Assembly (NCBI GenBank): GCA_039794845.1
Contig: JAUQVK010000095.1
Location: forward strand, 1-45,627
Direction: 5' to 3'
From: Thermostichus sp. DRC_bins_24
Lineage (GTDB): Bacteria; Cyanobacteriota; Cyanobacteriia; Thermostichales; Thermostichaceae
Length of the DNA: 45,627 bases
In this document: positions 29,734 to 39,260 of the stretch, piece after piece
Numbering within the stretch: position 1 is the stretch's first letter
Layout: the number at the start of each line of letters is the position of its first letter
Notes under the pieces: generated by a model
The model's database searches: none
What the model was told of the DNA's origin: nothing
The model's input: the letters and a program-made list of their open reading frames with translations, nothing else
Made by a program: the position numbers and the translations under genes

Positions 29734-30207
29734 ATGCTGACTCGACTGCGGGAACTGAGCATCGCCGCCGATGGACGTTACCTCAGAGATGAGGAGATGC
29801 AGTTCATGGAAACCTACCTGGCCTCCTTTGACCTGCGCCTGAGTGCCTATCGCAAGCTTCAGGATGCGGAGGCGCAAATCATTCGGGATGTGGAGATGAA
29901 ACTGCGCGCCCTGGATCCCTACCTACTGATGCGTGGGGTGGAAGACTTTAGCAACAAGTGGAAGGCCGATACCGTCCGGGTATTGCGCCTTTCGGCTTTG
30001 GCCATGCTCTTGGATGATGAACAACGCTATAAAGATCGATTTCTCTACTGGTTTCAAACCCTGATGCGGGCCTTCCGAACCCAGCGCAGCTGCGAGGCAA
30101 CCTATCGCTTTTTGCAAGAGGTGGTGGCGAACTACTTAACCCGCGAGGAGGTGAGGTTGCTCAAACCGATTCTGGAAACGAATCGCACGTTCCTAGGGCT
30201 CGACTAA
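29734..30207 (+). CDS. phycobiliprotein-like (globin-fold) protein apparently lacking the bilin-binding Cys
   Basis: AADGRYL...E, then KWKADTVRVLRLSALAMLLDD where phycobiliproteins have xCxRD...LR. Confidence 0.7.
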   Translation: MLTRLRELSIAADGRYLRDEEMQFMETYLASFDLRLSAYRKLQDAEAQIIRDVEMKLRALDPYLLMRGVEDFSNKWKADTVRVLRLSALAMLLDDEQRYKDRFLYWFQTLMRAFRTQRSCEATYRFLQEVVANYLTREEVRLLKPILETNRTFLGLD

Positions 30208-30455
30208 GCAGCGGTTTCTGAGGGGGCAACCGACTCGATCACCTCCAGCTCATCTGCCTGCAAGTGAGCGCGGAACTTGCTGCTAAATTGCACCTGAAAC
30301 GGGAAATTGGCGCTAATTGGGCGACCGTTCCAATCGCGGATCACCGCTTTTAGCTCTCCCTCCAGCCCTTTGATGTCAAAAGGTTGATTGCGATATTCCG
30401 GGTGGTGATAGACGATCACGCTGGTACGTACCCGCACCCGATCTCCAACATTCAT
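30204..30455 (-). CDS. ftrV: ferredoxin-thioredoxin reductase variable chain
   Basis: MNVGDRVRV..SVIVYHHP..PFDIKGLEG..W.GRPISANFP..F..HL..DELE; GGAGG RBS. Confidence 0.9.
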   Translation of the reverse strand: MNVGDRVRVRTSVIVYHHPEYRNQPFDIKGLEGELKAVIRDWNGRPISANFPFQVQFSSKFRAHLQADELEVIESVAPSETAA

Positions 30456-30781
30456 GGTTTTGCCCTCCAAAAAAGGCGGCCCACCACAGGAACCGACTTG
30501 AAACACTCTAGCTCAATCTCTAAGGAAGAATGCGAGGTGTGGAGAAGTGTGTGGGGATCGTCACAGTAGTTTGCATTTTCTGGGGATCCCCTCTTGCTTT
30601 GGGCCGCTTGCGAGGGGCTGTTCTGGATCCCTAAGGATAGGCCTCCAACTCAAGCTGTAAGCCCAATTCGCAAAAGCATCACACCGTCCTAAGGGATCCC
30701 CTGCGGAACCTCCGGCAGAAATCAATCGTCGCTGTATCTCTAGACACATTTTCTGGAGAACTTTCGTTTGAGGAGGAACGG

Positions 30782-31183
30782 ATGATCGATTTGCTGACCA
30801 GTGCTTTGATCGCGCTATTGCCGTCGGTACCGGGGGAGCCAGAGCATATGGTGGTGAGCCACTACGGCCAGCTGCCGCCCGGCCAAAGCTGGAATCGACT
30901 CAAGGATGGCAGCATCTTTCGTCCCGAGCAGGACTTTGTTGCCGCCCACCGCACCCTGCCCATCGGCACACGCCTGCTCTTGACCAATCCCGAGCAGCCC
31001 GATCAAAAGGTGGTGGTGGATGTTCTGGATCGCGGCCCTTTTATCCGTGGACGGGATCTGGATATTTCGACAGTTGCCGCCCGTAAGCTGGGCATCTATG
31101 AACAGGGAGTGGCGCAAGTGGAAGTGCGTCTGCTGCCCCCAAAAGAAACTCCCCTCTCGGGTGTTTTGATGAGCCTAAACTAA
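30782..31183 (+). CDS. RlpA-like (DPBB) lytic transglycosylase family protein
   Basis: AAHRTLPIGT.LLLTN, VVVDVLDRGPF..GRDLDIS..AARKLG; GAGGAGG RBS. Confidence 0.85.
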   Translation: MIDLLTSALIALLPSVPGEPEHMVVSHYGQLPPGQSWNRLKDGSIFRPEQDFVAAHRTLPIGTRLLLTNPEQPDQKVVVDVLDRGPFIRGRDLDISTVAARKLGIYEQGVAQVEVRLLPPKETPLSGVLMSLN

Positions 31184-31232
31184 GTAAAAATCACTATGGA
31201 GATTAGAGCCTAATGGGGGGAATCTTCCAATC

Positions 31233-31457
31233 TTAAATGCCTGAGGATTTGCTGGAGTGGCTCTCATGGGTCAGCGCTTCTCTACGTCGGTCGCCAATGC
31301 CGCAGTCACCACAGCATTCGGGCCGCTTGAAGTCGTCCCAATGGATGCAGGCCCGACAGCCCTTCAGCATTTCCGGCCAACGCTCTCGAATCAACAGTTG
31401 TCGCAGTCTGACTTCCTTTGACTCCTGAAACTGGTGTTGGGATCGATCCATGCCCAT
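31233..31457 (-). CDS. possible small Cys-rich hypothetical protein
   Basis: 74 aa containing CRAC...CCGDC; no recognised family. Confidence 0.35.
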   Translation of the reverse strand: MGMDRSQHQFQESKEVRLRQLLIRERWPEMLKGCRACIHWDDFKRPECCGDCGIGDRRREALTHESHSSKSSGI

Positions 31458-31728
31458 GAGGTCTCGCAGCTCTCTGTATCTGGTATAAGAGCAGATTCGG
31501 GCCCGGGATCGAGAAACATTGGTATAGTTTAAGGTTTCAGAATATCCAACAGTTTCTTTGTTTGTTCGAGAGCGTCCAAGTCCTTTTTCCCTATCTCTTT
31601 GTGGAAAGATTTGCCGAAAAATGTAAACGACCTACATAAAACTTAGCCACCAGAAAACTTGGGTACAGCCTCTTTTAGCGTTGCGCCTAGTGGGACGGAG
31701 CCCTCTTCATGGGGAGGCCGTGGCCAAG

Positions 31729-31851
31729 TACAGCCCTTTCGCAAGCCCCATCCGGCAACTGTGGAAGTTGCGACCTAGCCTCTGGAGGGATCCCGCGTAG
31801 CGGGAACAGGAAGTCTAAGCCCTGTTATAGAAGACCCGCGTAAGGGCTGTA
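31729..31851. mobile_element. MITE-like element, copy 2
   Basis: TACAGCCCTT (31729-38) ... AAGGGCTGTA (31842-51); shares CAACYGTGGAAGTTG and AAGCCCTG..TAGAA.ACCCG.GTAAGGGCTGTA with copy 1. Confidence 0.7.
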
Positions 31852-31987
31852 AAACCTCTTGCCAGCTGGAAGATTGACTTAGATTGGCCCCAGATTGACT
31901 GCAGTGGGTGTTGCCGGAAATTAGGTTGCGGTTGCAGAAGAGGGCAGAGCTTATGTTGGGGGGGCAATCGGCTCAACGCAATCCCGG

Positions 31988-32632
31988 CTAGAGTTTATCC
32001 CCCTGTTGTTGCCAGGCTCGCATCTGCTCGATCTCTGCTTGTTGGCTGGCCAAAATAGCCTCCGCCAACTGGCGAATTTCGGGCCGTTGGGATTTTTCCA
32101 GGGCTTCTTTTGCCATGAGCAAGGCCCCTTCGTGGTGAAGGATCATCGCCTCAATAAAGCGTTGGTCAAACTGCTCGTCGGCGGATCCCAGGTCGCTATC
32201 CATGCGCATATGGGAAAGCCTTTCCGGTGTCATGGCCATCATGTGCCCCATTTCCTCATGCCACATCAAGGGATAACGGGGTGCTTCTGGGTACCAACTC
32301 AGCCGCCAAGCCTGCATTTGCTCGATTTCTTCGCTTTGGGTTGCCAAAATAGCCTCCGCCAACTGGCGAATTTCGGGCCGTTGGGATTTTTCCAGAGCTT
32401 CTTTTGCCATGAGCAAGGCCCCTTCGTGGTGGGGAATCATGGCATCGATAAACCGCAAATCAAAAGCTTCATCGGCAGGGCCCAAGCTCATCGTGTGAGT
32501 CCCGTGGATAGAGGGATCCGTGGCTTTCACATGAGAAGCCGATTCTGCCCTCAAGCTCCTACCTGCCCATGCGGATCCAAGGGCGAGCACACCGGCAAGG
32601 AGCAGGCCATTGACTGTTTTATTCCGGAGCAT
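31988..32632 (-). CDS. DUF305 / CopM-like exported metal-binding protein
   Basis: Signal peptide, two FDxRFIxAMIxHHEGALLMA...LAEAILAxQ..EIEQM halves, Met/His-rich linker; GGAGG RBS. Confidence 0.9.
   Translation of the reverse strand: MLRNKTVNGLLLAGVLALGSAWAGRSLRAESASHVKATDPSIHGTHTMSLGPADEAFDLRFIDAMIPHHEGALLMAKEALEKSQRPEIRQLAEAILATQSEEIEQMQAWRLSWYPEAPRYPLMWHEEMGHMMAMTPERLSHMRMDSDLGSADEQFDQRFIEAMILHHEGALLMAKEALEKSQRPEIRQLAEAILASQQAEIEQMRAWQQQGDKL
32049..32431. repeat. 89-bp direct repeat within the DUF305 gene (88/89 identical)
   Basis: 32049-32137 vs 32343-32431, offset 294 bp, single mismatch at 32102/32396. Confidence 0.95.
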
Positions 32633-32665
32633 CGGTCACCTCCAACTGACAACAAAAGGCAATTC

Positions 32666-32697
32666 ATCCTAAAGCTTCCAGTCGACTGGAGGGTCAA
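32666..32697 (-). promoter_or_regulatory. MerR-family (ZntR/CoaR-type) metal-responsive promoter for the DUF305 gene
   Basis: Minus strand TTGACC-20 bp-TAGGAT, with the perfect dyad TCCAGTCGACTGGA (32677-32690) in the spacer. Confidence 0.8.
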
Positions 32698-32750
32698 GCG
32701 CTTCTGCTATCCTGACATCCATCCCAGGATCCTTTTTTCAGGAGCAGCGC

Positions 32751-33386
32751 ATGACAGGCCAGGTGATCACCATCGACCATCCCCTGGTGCAGCACAAGCT
32801 CAGCCTCATGCGCCGCGTTGAGACCACCACCGCCGAATTCCGGGCCTTGATGCGGGAGATCAGCCTGTTGATGGCCTACGAGGTCACCCGCGATTTGCCC
32901 CTCAAACCGGAACCGATTCAAACCCCGATGGCCCCGATGTTGGCGCCGATGCTGGCGGCAGAGAAAAAACTGGTGCTCGTCTCGATCATGCGGGCGGGAC
33001 AAGGGATCCTCGACGGCATGTTGGAGCTGATCCCAGCGGCACGGGTGGGGCATATCGGCCTCTATCGGGATCCCCATACCCTTATCCCCATCGAGTACTA
33101 CTTTAAGGTGCCCAGCGATATTGAGGACCGAGAGGTGTTGGTGGTGGATCCCATGTTGGCCACCGGGCACTCTGCGGCGGCGGCAGTGGTGCGCCTGCGC
33201 CAAACTCGTCCCAAGTCGATCCGGTTCGTCTGTTTGGTGGCCGCCCCTGAAGGGATCCACCATTTCCATGAGCAAAACCCCGATGTGCCCATCTACACCG
33301 CTGCAGTGGATGACGGCCTAGACGAGCACGGCTACATTGTCCCCGGCCTCGGGGATGCGGGGGATCGCCTGTTCGGTACCCGCTGA
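32751..33386 (+). CDS. upp: uracil phosphoribosyltransferase
   Basis: [43 protein letters not shown]. Confidence 0.96.
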   Translation: MTGQVITIDHPLVQHKLSLMRRVETTTAEFRALMREISLLMAYEVTRDLPLKPEPIQTPMAPMLAPMLAAEKKLVLVSIMRAGQGILDGMLELIPAARVGHIGLYRDPHTLIPIEYYFKVPSDIEDREVLVVDPMLATGHSAAAAVVRLRQTRPKSIRFVCLVAAPEGIHHFHEQNPDVPIYTAAVDDGLDEHGYIVPGLGDAGDRLFGTR

Positions 33387-33419
33387 AGTGGCTCGTGGGA
33401 AGTTGTCCTGGGGCTGACG

Positions 33420-36400
33420 TCAGGAAGCAGGGCTAGCAGACAACAACTGTTCTCCCTCCAACATGCGGGCGGCAGCGCTGAGGAGTTCCTCCTCCAGATA
33501 GGGCTTGGTGAAATAGGCGGTTGCCCCCAGCTCCCGCGCTGTTTGCCGGTGTCGTTCGGCTCCCCGTGAGGTGAGCATGGCAACGGGCAGATGCCGGAGG
33601 GTACTGTCTTCCCGCAGTCGAGTCAGCAACTCCAGGCCATCCATCCGCGGCATCTCGATATCGCAGAAGATCAGGTCGCAGGGCAGGCCACCCCGCAGCT
33701 TTTCCCAGGCATCCTGACCATCCCGAGCCTGTTCCACCCGGTAGCCCACCTTCTGGAAGGACATGGAGAGCAGTTCCCGTACCGTAATCGAGTCGTCCAC
33801 AATCAACACCGTGGTTTGATGCACCTCTTCCGGCGTGGGTTCCTCGTTGCGGTGATCCAACCAGAAGCGGTTCAGATCCCGACGGCGACCGTGGGCCATA
33901 TCCACCAGTTCGATGATGTCGGCAATCGGCAGCACCCGCCCGTTCCCCAACACCGTTGCCCCAGAGATGCCCGGCGGTTTGGCCACGGGCCCCCGCAGCT
34001 GCTTGATCACGATTTCCTGCTCTTCTACGAAGCTGTCGACCTGTAGGGCGACGTACTGGCCTGCACTTTGCAGGATGACGATGGGGATAATGCCCTCATC
34101 TTGGCTGATGCTGTAAACCTCAGAACGGCTGCGGTTGTGGCTGCGGCTGTAGGCCAACAATTCCGAGAGGGGCTGGAAATGTAGGCGTTGATCCCGCCAA
34201 AGAATGGAGGGCCGACCTTGCTCGTCCGGTTGCACTTCGTCGGCAGGGATATCCAGCATCTCCTCCACACCATCGAGGGGGAAGGCCATCAGGGCTTTGT
34301 CACTCACGCAGACCATCGCCTTGGAAATACTGAGGGTAAGGGGCAGCCGAATGGTGAAGGTGGTGCCTTTGCCGCGCACAGAATCCACCTGAATGCTGCC
34401 GCGCAGTTCGCTGATGTTGCGCCGTACCACATCCAAACCGACACCGCGTCCGGCCAGATCGTCCACCTCCCCCTCATCCCGGGCACTGAAGCCAGGATTG
34501 AAAAGGACGTTGAACACCTCGTCTTCGTCCGGTTGCTCAGACAGCAGGCCCAGCCGTTGGGCTTTGGATTTCACTTTCTCCACAGGGATCCCACCGCCAT
34601 CGTCGGAGACGACCATGATCGTTTGGTTGCCCTGATAAAAGGCTTTGATGGTGATCTTGCCTTCGGGAGATTTGCCGGCACGGCGACGCTCTTCGGGGGG
34701 CTCGATCCCGTGCACCAAGGCGTTGTTCACCAGGTGGGTCATCGGGTCATAGAGTTCTTCCAGGATGGCCTTGTCAATCAGGGTGTCGCGCCCCTCCACC
34801 ACCAAGTTGGCCTGCTTGCCGGTTTTGATGGAGAGATCCCGAATGGCGCGGGGTAGCCGGTCGGCAATTTGCGAGAAGGGCACCATGCGCGCCCGGTTCA
34901 AGCCCTCCTGCAGTTGAGTGGTCACCTGACGGAATTGGCGGGTAATTTGCTCGGCCTCATCCACCGCAAACTCGATATCTGAGGAAGATTCCCGCACCCG
35001 TACGATCAGCTCAATAATTTCTTGGGCCAGAGCATGGAAGGCCGTGAACTGATCCATCTCCAGCTTGTCGAACTCTTGGCCGGAGGAGTGGCCACCCCTG
35101 CCGGATCCACGGGAGGACTCTTCGCTGTACCGGCTGGAACCAACCGTCACTGCCCCACTGTAGGCTGAACTACTGCGACTGGAAAACAAGGCGGATTCCA
35201 ACAAAGAGCGGTCATATTGATCCCGCATTTTCTGGCCCAAGTCCCCCAGCTGCTGCACACGGCCCAAGAGACCGTCGAGAAACTGGCGCAGGCGGGTTTG
35301 GTTCTGTTCCATGCTGTTGCGGTTGACCACCAACTCTCCCACCAAGTTGTTGATGGAGTCCAAGTGGCGCACTTCCACCCGCATCACGGGGTTGGTGAAG
35401 GCTCCTGTACGTCGGGGGGTGGGTGCGGTGGGAGGGGGAGCTGTTGCCGGAACCGAGGCGGTAACCGCTGGAGCTGGGATAGGCGCTGCTGCGGGTGCCT
35501 TGGGCTCAGGATTTAGATCGCCCAAGAGAGACTCCAGTTGTGCTTCAAAGTCGATTCCAACCTCGACAGACGCTGAGGGGACGGGTTCTGTTAAGGGAGT
35601 GTTTACCGCTTCGAGGGTGGCGGTTGGTTCCGCTTCGTCGAAAAGAGCCGCCAAATCCTCCAAACGGGGGCCGGAGGAGGCTTCGAATGCCTCTGCTGCT
35701 TCGGTCAAGCCTGGCTCGCCAAGCAGCCCATCCTCTGCGAACAGATCCGCCAGCTGGCTTTCCAGATCGTCTTCCAAAGGCTGCGGGGCCACACCGCTGT
35801 CTTCCGGCGTAGCAGTAAGCGGTTCAGGTTCAAACAAGGGGACTTCTGCCGGGCGCTCCATTGCCTCAGGCAAGGCTGCACCAACACCTTCCTCGGCAAA
35901 GAACTGGCTCAACTCGTCCAGATCAACCTGGCCATCGCCGTCGGCATCCATGGCGGAGAGGGATTGGCTCGCTTCCAGATTCAGTCCTTCCGTATCCAAC
36001 TCCTGGGTAAACAGAGCCTCAAGGCGGTCGAAGGAGGCGTTGCTAGAGGCAGCAGTCTCTCCCAAATCAGTCGGTTGCGGTTCTCCAAGAGCCTCTTCTT
36101 GAGTTGAGAACAGATCCTCCAGCAGGTTCCACTCTTCTCCAGGGATTTCTGCCGTGCTAGAGGGTTCTGGCTCGCCCCAAGCTTCTGGTGTGGGGAATTC
36201 GAGAGTGGCCTCGACGTCTGCGGTTGGGGCGGGCATTGCCTCTGAGGTTTCGCCGGAGAAGAGATCCTCCAAATTCAGCTCAGCGCCGAAGCCTGAACCT
36301 TCCGTTTCTGGAACCCACTCCGCAAGGTTGGATTCCTCCTGTTCGGCTGGGCTGGCCAATGGGCTTTCAGAGGCGAATTCATCCAGCGTGGGAAAGGGTT

Positions 36401-39077
36401 CATCCGCAAAGAAGCTTTCCAATTCTTCTGATGAAGATAAGAGAGAATCGGTCACCTCGACCGGCCAAGGTTGAGCCTCTTCCGGAGCGAGGGTGGAGAA
36501 AAGTTCCTCCAAGCGATCTTCAGCGACATCGAAATCTGGAGAGTCGGGAACTTCCGGGGATCCCCTCTCGCCAGAGGCTGAAAACTCGGCTCCCAAGTCC
36601 GCCAGCTCGGAAAGATCTGCTGGGGCAGAAAAGTCATCCAGATCGATGCCTGCATCTGCAGAGGGTTCCCTCGAGAAGTCTGCGGCAACATCCTCCGTCG
36701 GTAGGGGTTCAGCCCCCCAGAGATCTGCCCCAAAGTCAACAGATTCAAAGCTTCCCTGCGTGGGCGAGCTTTCTACAGGACTTTCTACAGGAGGTTCTTC
36801 GGCTGCTGATATCAAGTCGGCCGGGGATCCCGTCCCCAAGGTCTCTGGATCCCAGGACACTTCGCCTTCGTCGGCGGTGAAGGTGGGCATTTCCCCCATC
36901 CACAGATCGAAGGCGTCTTCCGGTGCTGTTTCTGAGGGGGATCCCTCGGCCGTTGTCTCCGGCTCAGAAGTTGGCTGCGAGTCAGTCAAGAAATCGAGGG
37001 CAGAAGGAGAGGACTCTTCCGGTTCAGGCCAAGCCTCGAAGGGATCCGCCTCCAGCGGAGTTGCAGCATCCTGAGCAGACTCGCTGGCTGCGTCGGCCCA
37101 TGCCAATTCGGCAGGCTCAGGGGGCAAAGACTCCACCACCGCCTCATCCACCACTTCCGCGAACAGATCCGCCAAATCGCCTTCGGCTTTCACTTCGTCT
37201 AGCCGTTGGCTCAAATTCTCAAGAGCTTCCGAGAAAGGTTGGTCGAGGGTGGGAGCGAGCAAATCCGGCGGAGGTTCTTCGATGCTGGAGAGCTCTTCGG
37301 CATTGGCAAACAGATCATCAAAGGCGGTGGAGGCCTCTTCCTCCAAGCCCAAAGGCGTCGCATCAAAGTCCTCCCAGGCGGTGCCCAAGTCCGCCACTGT
37401 TGGCGTGTCTTCCGAATCTGGGCCCACTGCCGCCAAGTCTGCCTCTAGGCTGGGCTCCCAGTTGCCCCACACATCTTCTTCTGGGGTTGCTTCTTCTGAG
37501 GCCGCCTCTGACCAGCTCAGATCCAGACTCTCCTCTCCTGCAGCAGGGAATCGGTCGTCGGGGGCACTGCCCACATCCCAAAACGACTCTGGCTCTGCAG
37601 CAGCAGGTTGTTCCTCCAAAAGATCCCAAGCGGCTTCTGCGCTCTCCATCTCCGGCAACAGGCTCTCCCCAGGCAAATCCGATGCGGAGGATTCCATGGG
37701 GATGAGGGGGGCCTCTTCAAGTAGAGGCTCGGGTTCCCTGCTTAGGCCGGGGCTGAAGCTATCTTCTGAAGGGATCCCAGCTGCTGCTGCCCAATCTTCC
37801 GCGGTGCTGTCGGGTTCTGAAAGAAAAGGCTCAGGCTCCACCGCCCCTACAGGTTCAGGCTCCCACCCAAAGCCGGGATCAAAGGCTTCAGGAACCTCTG
37901 GCGAGGCGGCCGGAACGGGGCGGAAGGCCAATAGCTCAGCGGAAGGCTCGATGCTGCTTGCCGCGCCACTCTCCAAAGCTTGGTGGGCTCGCTTCAAATC
38001 CCGCAGGATGGGCAAGGCCAGCTGCCGCAAATCCTGGCTGGGATCCGCCAGAATCTCGACAATCAGTCGGGTCAGGGAGATCCATCCCCCTACCTCTGGG
38101 GCTAGGGACTGTCCCAGCTCGTGCAGAGATTGGGCCAAGGCTTGCAGGGCGGGTCGAGTTGCCGTATCGTCGGGATGCTTGAACAGCTCCAGCATTTGGC
38201 GCAGCAAGGGGGGGATCTGCTGCCGCACCAACACTTCCAAAGGATCTGGCGGGGCTGCGGGGGCTGGAGGTTGAGCCAACTGGCGCAATTCGGCGGAAGC
38301 CGCAACCTGTTCGGGTTGGCCTGCCAAAATCAGTTGCTGTCCCTGCTTCAAATCCCGCAGGGCAATCAGAGCCAAGTTTCGCAGATCGCTGCTGGGGTTC
38401 TGGAGGGCCTGTCCGACGGTCTCCGTCAGCTGCTGCCAACCCGTAAGATGGTGAAATTGCCCAATCTCCCCCAAAGCCTTGTTCACTTCCGCCAGACGGT
38501 CTCGAATCCCTGGCTGCTCCCGTTGTTTGAACAGCTCCAACATCTGCCGCAACTGCTGCGGCACCACCTCCGTCATGTCCTGCTGCAGGGTGCGAGGCCG
38601 GGTTGCCGCAGGGGCGGCAGGAGCTGAGACAGGGCCGGTAGCGGATCCCTCGCCGAGCAGATTTTGAATGTGCCTTTCGGTTTCCTGAAAAACTGGCTCC
38701 AATTCCGCCAAGGTGGCGTTGCCCACCGCCTCGGTAAGGCCACGCGGACTTTGCAACTCCTCCAACAGCATGGAGAGGCTGTCGAACGAGCGTAACAACA
38801 GGGTTTCCAAGTGCTGATCCACCGGCACTTTACCTGGATGGGAGCGAAAGATGTTGAAGAAGTCTTCCATGCGGTGAGCTGTCCGCTGAATGCTGGTGAG
38901 ACCGAGCATGGCGGAACCCCCTTTGATGGAGTGAGCCGCCCGAAACAGCTCGTTGATCAGCTCCGGGTCGTTGATGCTATCCCGCAGGCTGAGGAGCACT
39001 TGTTCAATCGTTGTCAGGTGATCCCGGGCTTCTTCAATGAAATAACTCAGGATCCGCTTCTGTGCTTCTTCGTTCAT
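33420..39077 (-). CDS. pilL: hybrid CheA-like histidine kinase/receiver (PilL/ChpA-like) with very long acidic linker
   Basis: Hpt LFRAAHSIKGG, HLVNNALVHGIE, DDGGG, GRGVGLDVV, CheW domain, C-terminal receiver CDIEMPRMDG. Confidence 0.92.
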   Translation of the reverse strand: MNEEAQKRILSYFIEEARDHLTTIEQVLLSLRDSINDPELINELFRAAHSIKGGSAMLGLTSIQRTAHRMEDFFNIFRSHPGKVPVDQHLETLLLRSFDSLSMLLEELQSPRGLTEAVGNATLAELEPVFQETERHIQNLLGEGSATGPVSAPAAPAATRPRTLQQDMTEVVPQQLRQMLELFKQREQPGIRDRLAEVNKALGEIGQFHHLTGWQQLTETVGQALQNPSSDLRNLALIALRDLKQGQQLILAGQPEQVAASAELRQLAQPPAPAAPPDPLEVLVRQQIPPLLRQMLELFKHPDDTATRPALQALAQSLHELGQSLAPEVGGWISLTRLIVEILADPSQDLRQLALPILRDLKRAHQALESGAASSIEPSAELLAFRPVPAASPEVPEAFDPGFGWEPEPVGAVEPEPFLSEPDSTAEDWAAAAGIPSEDSFSPGLSREPEPLLEEAPLIPMESSASDLPGESLLPEMESAEAAWDLLEEQPAAAEPESFWDVGSAPDDRFPAAGEESLDLSWSEAASEEATPEEDVWGNWEPSLEADLAAVGPDSEDTPTVADLGTAWEDFDATPLGLEEEASTAFDDLFANAEELSSIEEPPPDLLAPTLDQPFSEALENLSQRLDEVKAEGDLADLFAEVVDEAVVESLPPEPAELAWADAASESAQDAATPLEADPFEAWPEPEESSPSALDFLTDSQPTSEPETTAEGSPSETAPEDAFDLWMGEMPTFTADEGEVSWDPETLGTGSPADLISAAEEPPVESPVESSPTQGSFESVDFGADLWGAEPLPTEDVAADFSREPSADAGIDLDDFSAPADLSELADLGAEFSASGERGSPEVPDSPDFDVAEDRLEELFSTLAPEEAQPWPVEVTDSLLSSSEELESFFADEPFPTLDEFASESPLASPAEQEESNLAEWVPETEGSGFGAELNLEDLFSGETSEAMPAPTADVEATLEFPTPEAWGEPEPSSTAEIPGEEWNLLEDLFSTQEEALGEPQPTDLGETAASSNASFDRLEALFTQELDTEGLNLEASQSLSAMDADGDGQVDLDELSQFFAEEGVGAALPEAMERPAEVPLFEPEPLTATPEDSGVAPQPLEDDLESQLADLFAEDGLLGEPGLTEAAEAFEASSGPRLEDLAALFDEAEPTATLEAVNTPLTEPVPSASVEVGIDFEAQLESLLGDLNPEPKAPAAAPIPAPAVTASVPATAPPPTAPTPRRTGAFTNPVMRVEVRHLDSINNLVGELVVNRNSMEQNQTRLRQFLDGLLGRVQQLGDLGQKMRDQYDRSLLESALFSSRSSSAYSGAVTVGSSRYSEESSRGSGRGGHSSGQEFDKLEMDQFTAFHALAQEIIELIVRVRESSSDIEFAVDEAEQITRQFRQVTTQLQEGLNRARMVPFSQIADRLPRAIRDLSIKTGKQANLVVEGRDTLIDKAILEELYDPMTHLVNNALVHGIEPPEERRRAGKSPEGKITIKAFYQGNQTIMVVSDDGGGIPVEKVKSKAQRLGLLSEQPDEDEVFNVLFNPGFSARDEGEVDDLAGRGVGLDVVRRNISELRGSIQVDSVRGKGTTFTIRLPLTLSISKAMVCVSDKALMAFPLDGVEEMLDIPADEVQPDEQGRPSILWRDQRLHFQPLSELLAYSRSHNRSRSEVYSISQDEGIIPIVILQSAGQYVALQVDSFVEEQEIVIKQLRGPVAKPPGISGATVLGNGRVLPIADIIELVDMAHGRRRDLNRFWLDHRNEEPTPEEVHQTTVLIVDDSITVRELLSMSFQKVGYRVEQARDGQDAWEKLRGGLPCDLIFCDIEMPRMDGLELLTRLREDSTLRHLPVAMLTSRGAERHRQTARELGATAYFTKPYLEEELLSAAARMLEGEQLLSASPAS

Positions 39078-39260
39078 GACAGGAGGCCCTTCCTACAGCC
39101 CACAGGTATTAATCATCAGTAGTAACAGATCAGACAGGTTGAAGCTGGTCTGCGCGGGGATTCAAGTATACAGTGCAACAGGGATCCCGGGGTGGAAAGG
39201 GCTGGCCCTTCTTTAGGGAGATCCTTATCCCCTAGAATGCCCCCAAAAGAGTAGATTTGC

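Noticed and set aside
31460..31990. Gene-free structured region as RNase P RNA, tmRNA or another housekeeping ncRNA
   Set aside because: No GAGGAAAGTCC or tRNA-like ends were found; the structure is explained by the MITE-like element.
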